Source: an uncultured delta proteobacterium (GTDB lineage: Bacteria; Myxococcota_A; Polyangia; Fen-1088). Taken from it: DNA of 64,000 nt. The stretch is from NCBI GenBank assembly GCA_963767925.1, contig CAVYGB010000013.1, positions 192,001-256,000 on the forward strand, read 5' to 3'. Positions 9,423-19,751 of this stretch are shown here, in pieces. The notes beneath the pieces were generated by a model, which worked only from the letters and a program-made list of their open reading frames with translations, was not told where the DNA came from and did no database searches. Made by a program: the position numbers and the translations under genes. Every line of letters begins with the position of its first letter. Within the stretch, counting starts at the first letter, position 1.

Positions 9423-10574
9423 TCAATATCGATAGATTGCGGCCACACCGGTACGCGTGGGCATCCTCGCCGCCTGGATGACCAGGACCTCGCCACCCAT
9501 CTTGCTGACCAGCTCGGCCAGGTCATCGAGCACGTCATCGACTCGCGGGTTGTTTAGCGCGCCGCCGACGACCTTCCCGGTCCCCTTGTCGAGGTGACCA
9601 GCGACCTGACGATCCGCCCCGATGAATAGCGTGGCGACGCGCCCTGACGCGGCGGCCGCGGCGATCTGAGGCAGGTCGTCGCTGCCCCGGCCAGTCGTTC
9701 TGGCTTGCTCGAAGCCGTTCGTCAGTCCAGCGAGCCGCGCCTCGTACTGCGGCTCGACGGCCTGCCACGCGAGTGCTCGCAGGGCGTCGTTCGTCACGAA
9801 ATTCGGATTTACCGTGATCCCCTCGGCCATCAGAAATGGATTGTGACTGAGGCCCCGGAAACGATGGTGATGCTCCGGTAGCGCTGCCAGGATCAGGGGC
9901 AGGCCCGTGGTGCGCGAGTGATGCTCCAGCACGGCCCGATCAATCGAGCGGAAGAACCTGTCCGCATCGATGTCGACTTCGTCGGCCTTTCCGCCGTGGC
10001 CGTGGTGCATCGCGTTGTTCGCCCCGCCGACTCCCCCGTAGGAGGCGACCGTCTGGTGCGGCTCGGTGAGCTTCGAGCCAAGCGCGTCTGTGATCGTGCG
10101 AGGCACCCCGGCGGCCAGCTCGACCTCGTCAAGGGCGTCGCGATCTCCTTCGAAAAGGCGAATCTTGTCGAGGCTCAACCCGAGCACCTGGTAGCGGTCG
10201 ACCGACTGGAGGAATTGCCACAACGGCTTGATGTGAAACCTGTCGGCCACGACAACCAGTTCGGTGACCGGACGAGGTAGGCGGAACACTCGAAAGAGGT
10301 CCGGCGCGCCCAGCACCGCCAGCCCGTCGAGCGTGTGGTTCCAGAAGTCGTGGTCGTGCGCGAGTGCGTCAAACGGCTTCAGAAGCAATCGAGCCTCGGC
10401 CGCGGGATAGGCATGCAGGAGAGATGCCTCCATCTCCTTGACGAGGTTTCGAAATCGGATCGTGTCCTCGCGGTTCTCGGGATGCCGTCGGTGCGTCGGC
10501 TGGTACAGCGACAGACACGGTGCCGGGTGAGGGGCCAAGAGCTCGGTAAGCGATTCTTTCGTCGGTGAGGTCAT
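9423..10574 (-). CDS. baeRF (bacterial archaeo-eukaryotic release factor-like, family 3-like) protein
   Basis: CLSLYQPTHR, IRFRNLV, FHIKPL, HGHGG, FFRSID, LPLILAAL, GRVATL, DDVLDDLAELV...GGEV motifs; start at MTSPTKE. Confidence 0.8.
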   Translation of the reverse strand: MTSPTKESLTELLAPHPAPCLSLYQPTHRRHPENREDTIRFRNLVKEMEASLLHAYPAAEARLLLKPFDALAHDHDFWNHTLDGLAVLGAPDLFRVFRLPRPVTELVVVADRFHIKPLWQFLQSVDRYQVLGLSLDKIRLFEGDRDALDEVELAAGVPRTITDALGSKLTEPHQTVASYGGVGGANNAMHHGHGGKADEVDIDADRFFRSIDRAVLEHHSRTTGLPLILAALPEHHHRFRGLSHNPFLMAEGITVNPNFVTNDALRALAWQAVEPQYEARLAGLTNGFEQARTTGRGSDDLPQIAAAAASGRVATLFIGADRQVAGHLDKGTGKVVGGALNNPRVDDVLDDLAELVSKMGGEVLVIQAARMPTRTGVAAIYRY

Positions 10575-11090
10575 CGTCGTTCCTTGCCTGGAATATGCGT
10601 CTGCCGGGGCTCGTTGTTCTGCGCTTCTCGAACTTCGGCCCGGTGAGAGTCCAGTGGAAGCTACGGGTCTGGAGGCACAGCGTTCACTTGTGGCGCACGT
10701 CGGTCGGGCTGACGAGGTGGCGATCCGACGGCCGCGGCGACGAGTGGGCGCAGCAGCCGCAGGACTGACCGTCGACCCCCACTGGCCGCAGACTCGGAAC
10801 GCGCAATTGACTGCGCGGTCCAGATGGAATCGCGCAGATAGCTGCGTTCTGTCGGCTCCTGTCAGCCCCATCCCTCGGCGCAGCCGGTGGTACGTACGGG
10901 CACCAGCGGGGCCCAACAGCCTGGAGCTGCTCCTATCCGCGGCGGGAACAGGTAGAGGGGGGGTGCTGAGCCAAAGGGAGCTCAACGGCGGGAAGGATGA
11001 CCGGTTCTTACCGCCATCATTTCGGTGCGTGTCGAGGGGGAGGGTCGCGCGACAACACAGTGCGCATGATCGGCGCCGGGCCGGCTCGGT

Positions 11091-11816
11091 TCAGAGGCAG
11101 AAGCCGGGGGTGCAGCCTTGGGGGGAGGGGACGGCGACGCAGGTGGGGTCGGCAAGCGGGGTGGTGACGCCCTCGCAGGTGATGCTGCCGTTGCCGGCGC
11201 TGTCGAACACGCCGGCCGCGACCGGGACGCCGGCGGGCGTCTCCCAGACCACGTTGCGATCGGCGCTGCCGGCGGCCTGCGAGATGCGCGCCCGGTAGCA
11301 GTCGCTGCCGTCGGCGCGCTTGATCAGGCCGACGAGGTCTGGGAGCAAGATGCTCTCGCCGACGACCTTGATCCCGTTGGCGTAGCAGAACGTGATCGGC
11401 ACCGGCGTGAGGGCGTTCAACATGCAGCTTCCCATCGGGCGGCAGGGATGAACCAGGGCGAACAGGGCCGGGCAGGTCACGCCGCCACAGGTTTCGGGCG
11501 GCGGCGGCGGGGGCGGCGGCGGCGCAGCATCGGGCGGCAGCGGGGCCGGGCCGTCGGGCTCGGGCGTCACGGCCGGGCCGTCGTCAGGGGGGGCGAGGGG
11601 GGCGTCGGGGTCGGGAAGGCCGGCGTCGACGTCCGTGGGCTCGCCGTTCTCCGGGGGGATGGTCCCGGCGTCCGGATCGGTGGGCTCGGGCTCCGGCTCG
11701 GGATCGACGGTGACCGAGCCGTCTTTGTCCCGGACCCGGGTGCCGCCGCAGCTCGGGGCGGCAAGCGTCAACCCGAGGACCAGGCTCAAGGACAGCGCAG
11801 CGGTGAGCGGTCGCAT
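11091..11816 (-). CDS. Lipoprotein with Pro-rich linker and Cys-rich C-terminal domain
   Basis: GGAGGA RBS; signal peptide ending AAPSC; PDAG/PEP linker; 9 Cys in the C-terminal domain. Confidence 0.75.
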   Translation of the reverse strand: MRPLTAALSLSLVLGLTLAAPSCGGTRVRDKDGSVTVDPEPEPEPTDPDAGTIPPENGEPTDVDAGLPDPDAPLAPPDDGPAVTPEPDGPAPLPPDAAPPPPPPPPPETCGGVTCPALFALVHPCRPMGSCMLNALTPVPITFCYANGIKVVGESILLPDLVGLIKRADGSDCYRARISQAAGSADRNVVWETPAGVPVAAGVFDSAGNGSITCEGVTTPLADPTCVAVPSPQGCTPGFCL

Positions 11817-11887
11817 CAAATCCTCCAGCAGCGTCGAGCGCGGGGGCCTCGGCGAAGAGGAGATCTTTGTCGACGGATCGAAGGAGG

Positions 11888-13126
11888 TCAACCCGCGCCT
11901 GGCCGGGCCCGACGCGCTTGCAGGTACGGTCGCAGGGCGGGCAGCGCCACCAGGGCCGCCGCCGCCCAGGTCAGGGCGACGGTGGCGGTGCCGGAGCGGG
12001 CCCCGGCGACGAGCTGGCCGGTGAGGCCGAGGAGAGGCCCGACGCAGTAGCCGAGGCCGATCAGCGCCTCGAAGCTCCCGCCGGCGTCGACGGCGACGTC
12101 CCCGACCGCGAGGACGTAATACAGGGCGGCGTAGTAGGTGATGCCCATACCCGTGCCGAACAGGGCCAGCCCGGCGACAACCCCGGCCAGGCTGGGCGCC
12201 AGCAGCACCAGGGCCAGCCCGCCCGCGAGCGCGCCGCCGCCGACTGCCAGGGTCCCCCAGCGGCCGTGCCACAGGTGCACGCGCCACATGAAAAACAGGG
12301 TGGAGAAGCGGGCGATCATCCAGATCGCCGCCACCATGCTCTCGGGGACCTGGCCGCCGACCTCGGCCAGCCGGTGGGGCAGCACCGGAGAGAGGGTGGA
12401 GGACATGAGGTAGCTGAGGGGCAACAGCCAGGACGCCGTCCGCAGGAGCCAGCGGTACTCGGGGCCCACCGAGGCCGAGGCGCCCTCGCGCCCGTGGGGC
12501 GCCGGGTGGGCGGGCAGCCGGAGCAGCGCCAGCAAGGCGCCGGCGTTGGCCACCGCCGAGACGGCGATGGTCCACAGGACGTCTTGCCTCGCGAACAGCG
12601 GCAGCAGCAGCAGCGGCACCGCGGTGGCCGGCGTCCAGATGACGTTGAACCAGCCGATGGCCGCGCGCAGGCCGGTGCCGTGGCGCCCCCCGCCCAGGAA
12701 CCCTTCGACGAGCGGCCAGGTGAGGGCGGAGGTGGCGGCCCCCACCAGGGCCGCGACCCACAGGAGCGCTTCGCTCTCTCGCGCCGCCAGGGGCAGGAGG
12801 GAGACCAGGCCCCAGAGGGCGAGCGCGCCGCCCAGCAGCGCCCGGGGGCTGGCCCGGGTCTGCAGCGCGCGCGACAGGGCGCCGGTGGAGCGGGCCGCGA
12901 TCGCATAGATGAGCCCCATCGTCCCGGCCAGCAGCAGGTTGCGCGCGGTGGAGAACCGGTAGTGCTGGGCGGTCACGAAGAAGATGCCGGCCCAGAAGGC
13001 GCCCCCGCTGATCGAGCCCAGGAAGGTCACCAGCAACACGCTGGGGAGGGGCGCCGGTTCGACCCGCACGGGCGAGGCCGGGGCGAGATCCGCCGGTGGC
13101 AGCGGTGGAACGTCGGGCGCGCTCAT
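11888..13126 (-). CDS. MFS-type transporter
   Basis: About 12 hydrophobic helices in a 6+6 arrangement; start MSAPDVPP. Confidence 0.75.
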   Translation of the reverse strand: MSAPDVPPLPPADLAPASPVRVEPAPLPSVLLVTFLGSISGGAFWAGIFFVTAQHYRFSTARNLLLAGTMGLIYAIAARSTGALSRALQTRASPRALLGGALALWGLVSLLPLAARESEALLWVAALVGAATSALTWPLVEGFLGGGRHGTGLRAAIGWFNVIWTPATAVPLLLLPLFARQDVLWTIAVSAVANAGALLALLRLPAHPAPHGREGASASVGPEYRWLLRTASWLLPLSYLMSSTLSPVLPHRLAEVGGQVPESMVAAIWMIARFSTLFFMWRVHLWHGRWGTLAVGGGALAGGLALVLLAPSLAGVVAGLALFGTGMGITYYAALYYVLAVGDVAVDAGGSFEALIGLGYCVGPLLGLTGQLVAGARSGTATVALTWAAAALVALPALRPYLQARRARPGAG

Positions 13127-13324
13127 CGTGGACGGCTCTGGCAGGGCAAGCTCGGACCCGGGGAGACCCCGCCGCGGACGGCGAGATCCGGCGGGTAGTC
13201 GAGCCGTACAGGAGCCCGACAGGAGCAGACCCGGTAAGGTCAACCGAAGAGGTTGTGAAGCGGGTTCCAGACCATGGCGAAGATTCTTTCTGGTGCCAAG
13301 CGGAACCGGCGATAATGTACGGCC

Positions 13325-13729
13325 GTGCAACAAGCCGACTACCTCGTGACCAACCGGGGCCGCCTGGTGGGCGTCCTCGACGGCAGCCCAGGAACCCTGA
13401 CGACGAGGGAGGGAGACAAGGCCTGCGTGGTGCGGGTACGGGTGGAAGAGAAGGTCTTCGACCGCACCGGCAAGCTCCGCAACGTGAACCGGAAGTTCAC
13501 GGTGGTGTTCTTCCAGCCCATGGCCGACTGGGTCTTCCTGCATGCCAAGCAGGAGGCCAATGTCGTTGTCATCATCCGCTTCGAGATGTACGCCCCCGAC
13601 CGGCAGCGGGCCGAGCTACGCCTGGTGGGTGAAGGGATCGAGATCTCGGCCGAGGGCACCACCCGGTCCGCCAAGCTCGACGTCTCGGAAGACAAGCCGG
13701 TCCTCAAGGAGGAGCCCCCGGACTACTGA
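13325..13729 (+). CDS. Divergent single-stranded DNA-binding (OB-fold) protein
   Basis: Collinear with SSB: NRGRLVGVLDGSP, EEKVFDRTG, FTVVFFQPMAD; acidic tail EEPPDY. Confidence 0.62.
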   Translation: MQQADYLVTNRGRLVGVLDGSPGTLTTREGDKACVVRVRVEEKVFDRTGKLRNVNRKFTVVFFQPMADWVFLHAKQEANVVVIIRFEMYAPDRQRAELRLVGEGIEISAEGTTRSAKLDVSEDKPVLKEEPPDY

Positions 13730-14006
13730 GTCGGGCTGGCAGGCGTCCTATTTGGGGCGGGGGCCTCCCCGCGTCCCCGTATTCGTCCCCGAGGCGCTCG
13801 GAGAGCGGGATCCAGTCTTTTGCTCCCCCCGAGTCCTGGTGTGCCCGCAGCCAGGCTCCTTGGCGGAGCCGACTTCGCCGTGCCGCCGCCTCGGGGACGG
13901 GGACGGGCGCCCCTTCAAATAGGGACGCCCCCTGGCGGGAGGACCCGAGAGGGCCCCTCGTGCGTCCGGGTTGACTCGCCGGGAGGAAGGTGGGGAGATC
14001 GGGGGC

Positions 14007-15557
14007 ATGGGCAGCGAGGGCAAGACGCTCGGTGGGCCGGATCTGGAAAAGGGTGTTTCCTGGGGCGAGCTGGCGGAGGGGACGCCGCTGCTCGGGCACG
14101 GGTTCGGCGAGGCGGTGATGCTGGTGCGCCGGGGGCAGTCGGTGTTCGCCATCGGCGCCACCTGCACCCACTACAGCGGGCCCCTGGCCGAGGGGCTGGT
14201 GGTGGGCGAGACGGTCCGCTGCCCCTGGCACCACGCCTGTTTCAGCCTGCGAACCGGGGAGCCGCTGGGCGCCCCGGCCCTGAACCCGGTTCCTTGTTAC
14301 GAGGTCGAGCGCGCGCAGGATCTCGTGCGCCTGCGGGGCCCGCGGGCCGGCGCCCCCGTGCGGGTGCCAGCGCGGAGCCCCAGCGCGGTGGTCATCGTCG
14401 GGGCGGGACCGGCCGGGAACGCCTGCGCCGAGACGCTGCGCCGGGAGGGGTTCGACGGGCCGATCGCCCTGGTGGGGGACGAGCCGCCCGGACCTGTGGA
14501 TCGTCCCAACCTGTCGAAGGACTACCTGGCCGGGACGGCCCCCGAGGAGTGGATGCCCCTGCGCGGCCCGGAGCACTATGCCGGGCTGAAGATCGACTTC
14601 GTGCTGGGGGATCCGGCGGTGCGTCTGGACACCGCCGGGCACCGCCTGCACCTGCAGAGCGGCCGGGAGCTGGAATACGGGGCGCTGGTCCTCGCCACCG
14701 GGGCCCAGCCGCGGCGGCTGACGGTGCCGGGCGCCGATCAGCGACACGTCCACTACCTGCGCACGCTGGCCGACAGCCGGGCCATCATCGCGGCGGCCAG
14801 CGGGGCCCGGCGGGCGGCGCTCGTGGGGTCGAGCTTCATCGGGCTCGAGGTGGCGGCCTCGCTGCGCAAGCGCGGGCTGGAGGTGCACGTGGTGGGGCCG
14901 GAGAAGGTGCCGCTCGGGCGGGTGCTCGGCGACGAGGTGGGGGCCTTCGTGCGGCAGGTTCACGAGCAGAACGGGGTGCAGTTTCACCTCGGCGATGCGG
15001 TTGTGGAGATCCACGCCGACGGGGTCGGGCTACACAGCGGAGCGCGGGTAACGGCGGATCTGGTCGTCGCCGGGATCGGGGTGGTGCCGCGCACCGAGCT
15101 GGCCCAGGCGGCGGGGCTGGCGGTGGACAACGGGATCACGGTCGACGAGGGGCTGCGCACGAGCGCGTCCGATGTCTTCGCGGCGGGGGACGTGGCCCGG
15201 GTGCCGGATGCGCGGACGGGGAGCGCGGTGCGGGTCGAGCACTTCGTGGTGGCGGAGCGGCAGGGGCAGGCAGCGGCGCGCTCGTTGCTGGGGGTGGGGG
15301 GGCCCTATCGAGACGTGCCGTTCTTCTGGAGTCAGCACCACGACGTCACCTTGTCTTATGTCGGACACGCGCCGAGCTGGGACCGGATCGAGGCGCGGGG
15401 GAGTCTGGCGGCGCGGGACTACGTTGCGTTTTATCTGCGGCGGGGGCGGGTGCTGGCGGCGCTGACGGTGGGGCGGGATGGGCTCGGGTTGCGGGTGGAG
15501 GCGGCGCTGGCGGCGGGGGATGAGGCGGCGCTGGCGGCGCTGATCCGTAGCGCCTGA
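14007..15557 (+). CDS. Rieske 2Fe-2S + FAD/NAD(P) oxidoreductase fusion (ferredoxin reductase/AIF-like)
   Basis: CTH...CPWH Rieske ligands, GAGPAG, RPNLSK, GSSFIG, FAAGD, VPFFWS. Confidence 0.92.
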   Translation: MGSEGKTLGGPDLEKGVSWGELAEGTPLLGHGFGEAVMLVRRGQSVFAIGATCTHYSGPLAEGLVVGETVRCPWHHACFSLRTGEPLGAPALNPVPCYEVERAQDLVRLRGPRAGAPVRVPARSPSAVVIVGAGPAGNACAETLRREGFDGPIALVGDEPPGPVDRPNLSKDYLAGTAPEEWMPLRGPEHYAGLKIDFVLGDPAVRLDTAGHRLHLQSGRELEYGALVLATGAQPRRLTVPGADQRHVHYLRTLADSRAIIAAASGARRAALVGSSFIGLEVAASLRKRGLEVHVVGPEKVPLGRVLGDEVGAFVRQVHEQNGVQFHLGDAVVEIHADGVGLHSGARVTADLVVAGIGVVPRTELAQAAGLAVDNGITVDEGLRTSASDVFAAGDVARVPDARTGSAVRVEHFVVAERQGQAAARSLLGVGGPYRDVPFFWSQHHDVTLSYVGHAPSWDRIEARGSLAARDYVAFYLRRGRVLAALTVGRDGLGLRVEAALAAGDEAALAALIRSA

Positions 15558-15582
15558 ACGCCTTCTGCCTCTGAAAAGACGA

Positions 15583-15615
15583 AGCCCGCGTCCGGCACGA
15601 GGCCAGACGCGGGCT
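15583..15615. terminator. Hairpin between convergent genes
   Basis: Stem agcccgcgtc/gacgcgggct; T-rich tail on the minus strand. Confidence 0.65.
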
Positions 15616-15635
15616 CCTGATCAGTCAGCGGGCGC

Positions 15636-17204
15636 TCAGAGCATCGGTTCGCAGCGCTCCGGGCCGGTGGTGCCGGTGGGGACGCGGCAGACCAGGCCGT
15701 TGCCGCAGACGTCGTCCTCGCAGCAGGGCTGGGCGGCGCCGCCGCAGGCCTGGCAGGTGCCGTTGCCCATGCCCTGGCAGACGGTGGTGCCGCGGCAGGC
15801 CCGGCCCGCGCAGCAGACCTGGCCGCCGGCTCCGCAGGCCTGGCAGGTCTGGGGCAACACGCCCGCGTCGCCTGCGCCCGCAGCGCCGAGGCAGCGCAGC
15901 TCCGGCTGGCAGTTGTTGCCCGCGCAGCAGCCGGCGCTGGCCGCGCCGCAGGTGCTCACGCAGATGCCGGGCCCGGGGCCCGGATCGTTGCAGGCCAGCC
16001 CGGTCCCGCAGACCGAGCCCGGACAGCAAGATTCGTTGGCCTTGCCACAGGACAGGCAGATCGACTGCACGCCCATGCCCATCGCCACGCAGAGGAGGTT
16101 CTGATCGCAGGGCGAGTCCCCCGTGCAGCAGGGCAGGTTCGGACCGCCGCAGGCCCCGCACTGGTTCGGCATCCCCGAGGGACGGTCGATGCACTTGCCG
16201 GGGGCGGTGCAGGCGTTGCCGGCGCAGCAGCGCTGGTCCGTGCCGCCGCAGGCCTCGCAGGTGGTGGCCGCGCCCATGCCCGGGGCGTTGCAGACGCTGC
16301 CGGGGTTGCAGGTGTTGTTCGGCACGCAGCAGGGGTTGCCCGGGCTGCCACAGGCGCTCACGCAGCTATCGGGGCCGGCGGTGTTGCCGCAGACCAGGCC
16401 GACCTGGCAGCGGGTCTGGCCGCCCGCGGTGGGACAGCAGTTCTGGTTGGCGCCGCCGCAGGGCTGACAGATGTTGGCGGCGCAGGTGTTGCCGGAGTCG
16501 CAGGCCATCGCCGCGTTGCCGGTGCAGCAAGGCTGCATCGGTCCACCGCAGGTCCCGCACACGTCCGCCGCACCCATGGTGCCGTTCACGCAGCGGAGGG
16601 GCGCCTGACAGGCCGTGGCCGGTCCAGCTCCCGGGCAACAGGGCTCGCCCATGCCGCCGCAGGCGCGACAGCTCCCGCCGGTGCAGTTGTTTCCGGGATC
16701 GCAGGCGGTGGCGCCCATGCCGGCCACGCAGCAGGCCTGATCGCGGCCGCCGCAGGTGCCACAGGTGTCGAGCCCCTGGCCGGGGGCGTTGATGCAACGG
16801 AGCGGCGCCAGACAGGAGGTCGCGGGCCCGCCTTCACAGCAGGCCTGACCGTCGCCGCCGCAGGCCTGGCACAGGCCCGCCTGGTTGTTCGTGTCGCCCA
16901 CGCAGCTCGTGCCGCTCATGCAGGTGGTGGCCGGGCCGCCCCCGCAGCAGGGCTGGTCGGGGCCGCCGCAGGTGGTACAGGCTCCGGCCACGCAGCGCTG
17001 GCCCGCCAGGCAGACCGGGGTGCAGGTGTTCGTCACCACGCCGCCGAGCCCGGTGGCCGGGCTGGCGTCGATGCCCACGCTCGGCTTGGCCGAGGAGCAG
17101 GCCGCCAGGGCCAGGCCCAGCGCCATCCCCGCCCGTACGAGGAAGGTGGCTCCGGCGGCGGAGCGGGTTGTTCGGGACGGCGATCTGGCGGCGGCAAAAG
17201 GCAT
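15636..17204 (-). CDS. Cysteine-rich repeat lipoprotein (13 CGxxxxxCC repeats)
   Basis: AAGGAGGT RBS; lipobox LAAC; repeated CGGxxQxCC...C...C...C units. Confidence 0.85.
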   Translation of the reverse strand: MPFAAARSPSRTTRSAAGATFLVRAGMALGLALAACSSAKPSVGIDASPATGLGGVVTNTCTPVCLAGQRCVAGACTTCGGPDQPCCGGGPATTCMSGTSCVGDTNNQAGLCQACGGDGQACCEGGPATSCLAPLRCINAPGQGLDTCGTCGGRDQACCVAGMGATACDPGNNCTGGSCRACGGMGEPCCPGAGPATACQAPLRCVNGTMGAADVCGTCGGPMQPCCTGNAAMACDSGNTCAANICQPCGGANQNCCPTAGGQTRCQVGLVCGNTAGPDSCVSACGSPGNPCCVPNNTCNPGSVCNAPGMGAATTCEACGGTDQRCCAGNACTAPGKCIDRPSGMPNQCGACGGPNLPCCTGDSPCDQNLLCVAMGMGVQSICLSCGKANESCCPGSVCGTGLACNDPGPGPGICVSTCGAASAGCCAGNNCQPELRCLGAAGAGDAGVLPQTCQACGAGGQVCCAGRACRGTTVCQGMGNGTCQACGGAAQPCCEDDVCGNGLVCRVPTGTTGPERCEPML

Positions 17205-17547
17205 GGCGACCTCCTTCAAGAGCAGGGAAAAACGCGTCCGAGCAGGGGGAAAAGGCTCGGTCCATCCGTCTGGGAAGGCGCGCGCCTCGTGAGGCCTCGA
17301 GGTAACGCCTTCGCACAGGCGCGTACATATTGCCCGAAAGGCTCACCCTGTCTTCATCAAACTCGCTCGTTGGCGGGAACCTTTGCGGATCGTCCCCCCC
17401 CCAGGTCGCCCAAAACGTCGCCCCGGACATCGTCCCAAACGTCGCTGCATCCTGGGTGCCCCCGGCCCGCGTCACAACAGAGAGATAACCCGGCGCGGGA
17501 TCGCGCCGGCCCCGCGCCGCGCAGGCGCCGCCGACTACCGCGCCCGC

Positions 17548-19367
17548 TCAGCGCAGGACGAAGAGGCGGGCGCTGTGGGGGGGAGGGTCAGCTCGAGGTT
17601 GCCCTTCTTCTTGCCGAGCGCCTGGCCGCTCCAGAAGTCGGTGACCTCGGCGGGGCGCTCGAGGCGCGCGGAGAGGGCGCGCGGCTGGTCCTCGTCGTTG
17701 AACAGGCAGAGCATCGCGGTGCCGCCCACGGTCGACCGACCCACCCGCAGCGTCTCGTCGTCGAACTGCGCCGCCCGCGCCGTCGCGGGGAGCAGCTTGC
17801 GCAACATGGCCAGGCGGGCCGGCGGGATCGCGGTGAGGTCGTCGCCCGAGAGGATCATGCCCCCGCTGGCGAACACGGCGGTGGCGTGAAACTGGTACTC
17901 CGCCTCGGGCAGGTCGCCGGTGAGCACCACCGCGTCCGAGTCGTTCCACCACAGGCGGCCGTTTTGCCAGTTCCGGCTGAGGTTCTGGCGGGTGATCTTC
18001 TTGAAGACCGGCCAGGTGCGCTTGACGTCGCCGGAGCTGCGTGAGCCGTGGATCAGCCCGAACGAGCCCCAGATGGGGTGGTTGCAGCCCAGGATGAAGC
18101 TCGACCCGGCCCCCCGCAGGATCGCCTGCATGCCGCGCCGGTAGGCCTCGATGCGCGTCGCCTTGGGGTCGTGCAGCTTGCCCCCGTGCATGGCCCCCCA
18201 GAAGTTGGCGTCGAGCTTGAAATAGGTGCAGCCCCACTGCTCGCGCATGGTGCGAAAGAGCTGCTCGAAGTGCTTCTGGACCTCGGGGTGGCTGCCGTCG
18301 AGGGCGTACCAGGGACCGCGCCGCCAGCCCCCGAAGGTGACGGTGTTGGAGGGCAGGGGACGGCCCGCGTGTTCCCCCGACTGGCCCTTGATGAACCAGT
18401 CCGGGTGCTGCTGGAACACCTTGGACCCCGCCTCGGCCACGAATGGCGCCACCCAGATCGCCGGCTCGAAGCCGCGCTTCTTGATCTGGGCGAGCACGCC
18501 CTTGATGTCGCCGCCGAAGGCCTTGCCGGTGTCGAGCCAGTCGCCCATCGCCGACTGGTAGCCGTCGTCGATCTGGACGTAGCGCAGGGCCGGGACCTGC
18601 TTGGCGATGAAGTCGAGGTTGTCGCTCACCTGCTGGGCGGTCACCCGGGGCCCGAAGCAGTACCAGGAGCACCAGCCGGTGGGGGGCTTGTCGAACTTCA
18701 GCGGGGGGTGGTTGGCGTTGATCCGATCGGCGAGCCCGGCCAGCAGGGGCTCGCGCGCCGGGCCGGTGGCGAAGTACAGCTCCTCTAGGTCCCAGCTCTC
18801 GCCGGGGCCGAGGGCCAGCCCCTCGGCGTCGAGCACGCCCTCGAGGTTGCCCGGGCGCAGGTAGAACCGCCCCACGAAGCGGCGGCACGAGCTCCAGGCC
18901 AGGGCCACCGGGGCCTGGCCCGGGGCGGTGAGGGTGAGCAGCCCGGTGACGGCGTGGCGGACGTCCGCCGGCTGGGGCATGCGGTAATGCTTCACCTCGT
19001 CGTAGCCGAGGTTGACGGGGGCGCCGAGGCTGCCGCCGGTCTGCGACAGCATCTGGAAGCTCTCGCCGTACAGGCGGCTGTCGTCGGGGAGGTCGTGGCG
19101 GAGGGAGAAAAGGACGATCTCCTTCACCGCCACTGGCGCGGTCCCCGGGTTGGTCAGCCGGGCCCGGCAGGTGCCACCCGCCCAGGTCCGCTCGAGGCGG
19201 AGCTGCCGCCAGCCCGCCGCCTTGTCGTCGACCGGGACCACCCGCCCGGGGGCCGCCTTCAGCCGGGTCAGGCTCACGGGGGCGCTCCCCGGGCTGGCTG
19301 CCTCGGCGCGGGGGAGGGGGGCGAGCGCGCTCAGGGCCGCGAGGTCCAGGAACGTCCGGCGCTTCAT
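17548..19367 (-). CDS. Tat-exported GH36 alpha-galactosidase; 1-nt frameshift near the 3' end
   Basis: KRRTFL Tat motif; GWCSWY, IDDGYQ, YFKLD; natural-looking end LPPHSARLFVLR needs one more base in the G7 run at 17577-17583. Confidence 0.88.
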
Positions 19368-19751
19368 CTTGCGTCACCTTTCTCGGGCCGCTGGCCCGGT
19401 CGAACCTTGGGGCTATCCAATCGCGGGGGGCGGGGAGCTCGCTTCTAGCCCGGAAGCGAGGCGGGCCTGAAACGGATTCGAAACCGGGTTGTCCGAATTA
19501 ACTGTAAAAGACGTGACATTTCAGACACGGGCTACAAATTTGCCGCCGCGGTCGGCCAGGACCCCGAAAACCGGCCCGCCGCTCCCGGGCGACCATACCC
19601 CTGAGCGTGCCGATTCGGACACGATTTCCGCCCTTTTCATAAACTTTTGGCTTCACACGGGCCACTGGTGATGCGAGGTTCGCCACTGGCCGGAAAACGT
19701 TCGAACCGGTCAATTTCGACCCATTCCCAAATCGGGGGAGAGAGGCTGACG

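Noticed and set aside
10575..10985. 137-aa N-terminal extension of the baeRF ORF
   Set aside because: Not protein-like; family similarity begins at MTSPTKE
9055..11090. Defined mobile element around the baeRF-HPF pair
   Set aside because: No integrase, transposase, tRNA or flanking direct repeats were found; only a compositional hint
19480..19740. Cobalamin riboswitch upstream of the TonB receptor (aactgtaa and gccactg words)
   Set aside because: Core GGGAA/CGGTG and GGGAAG elements and their spacing are missing; a cmscan against Rfam would settle it
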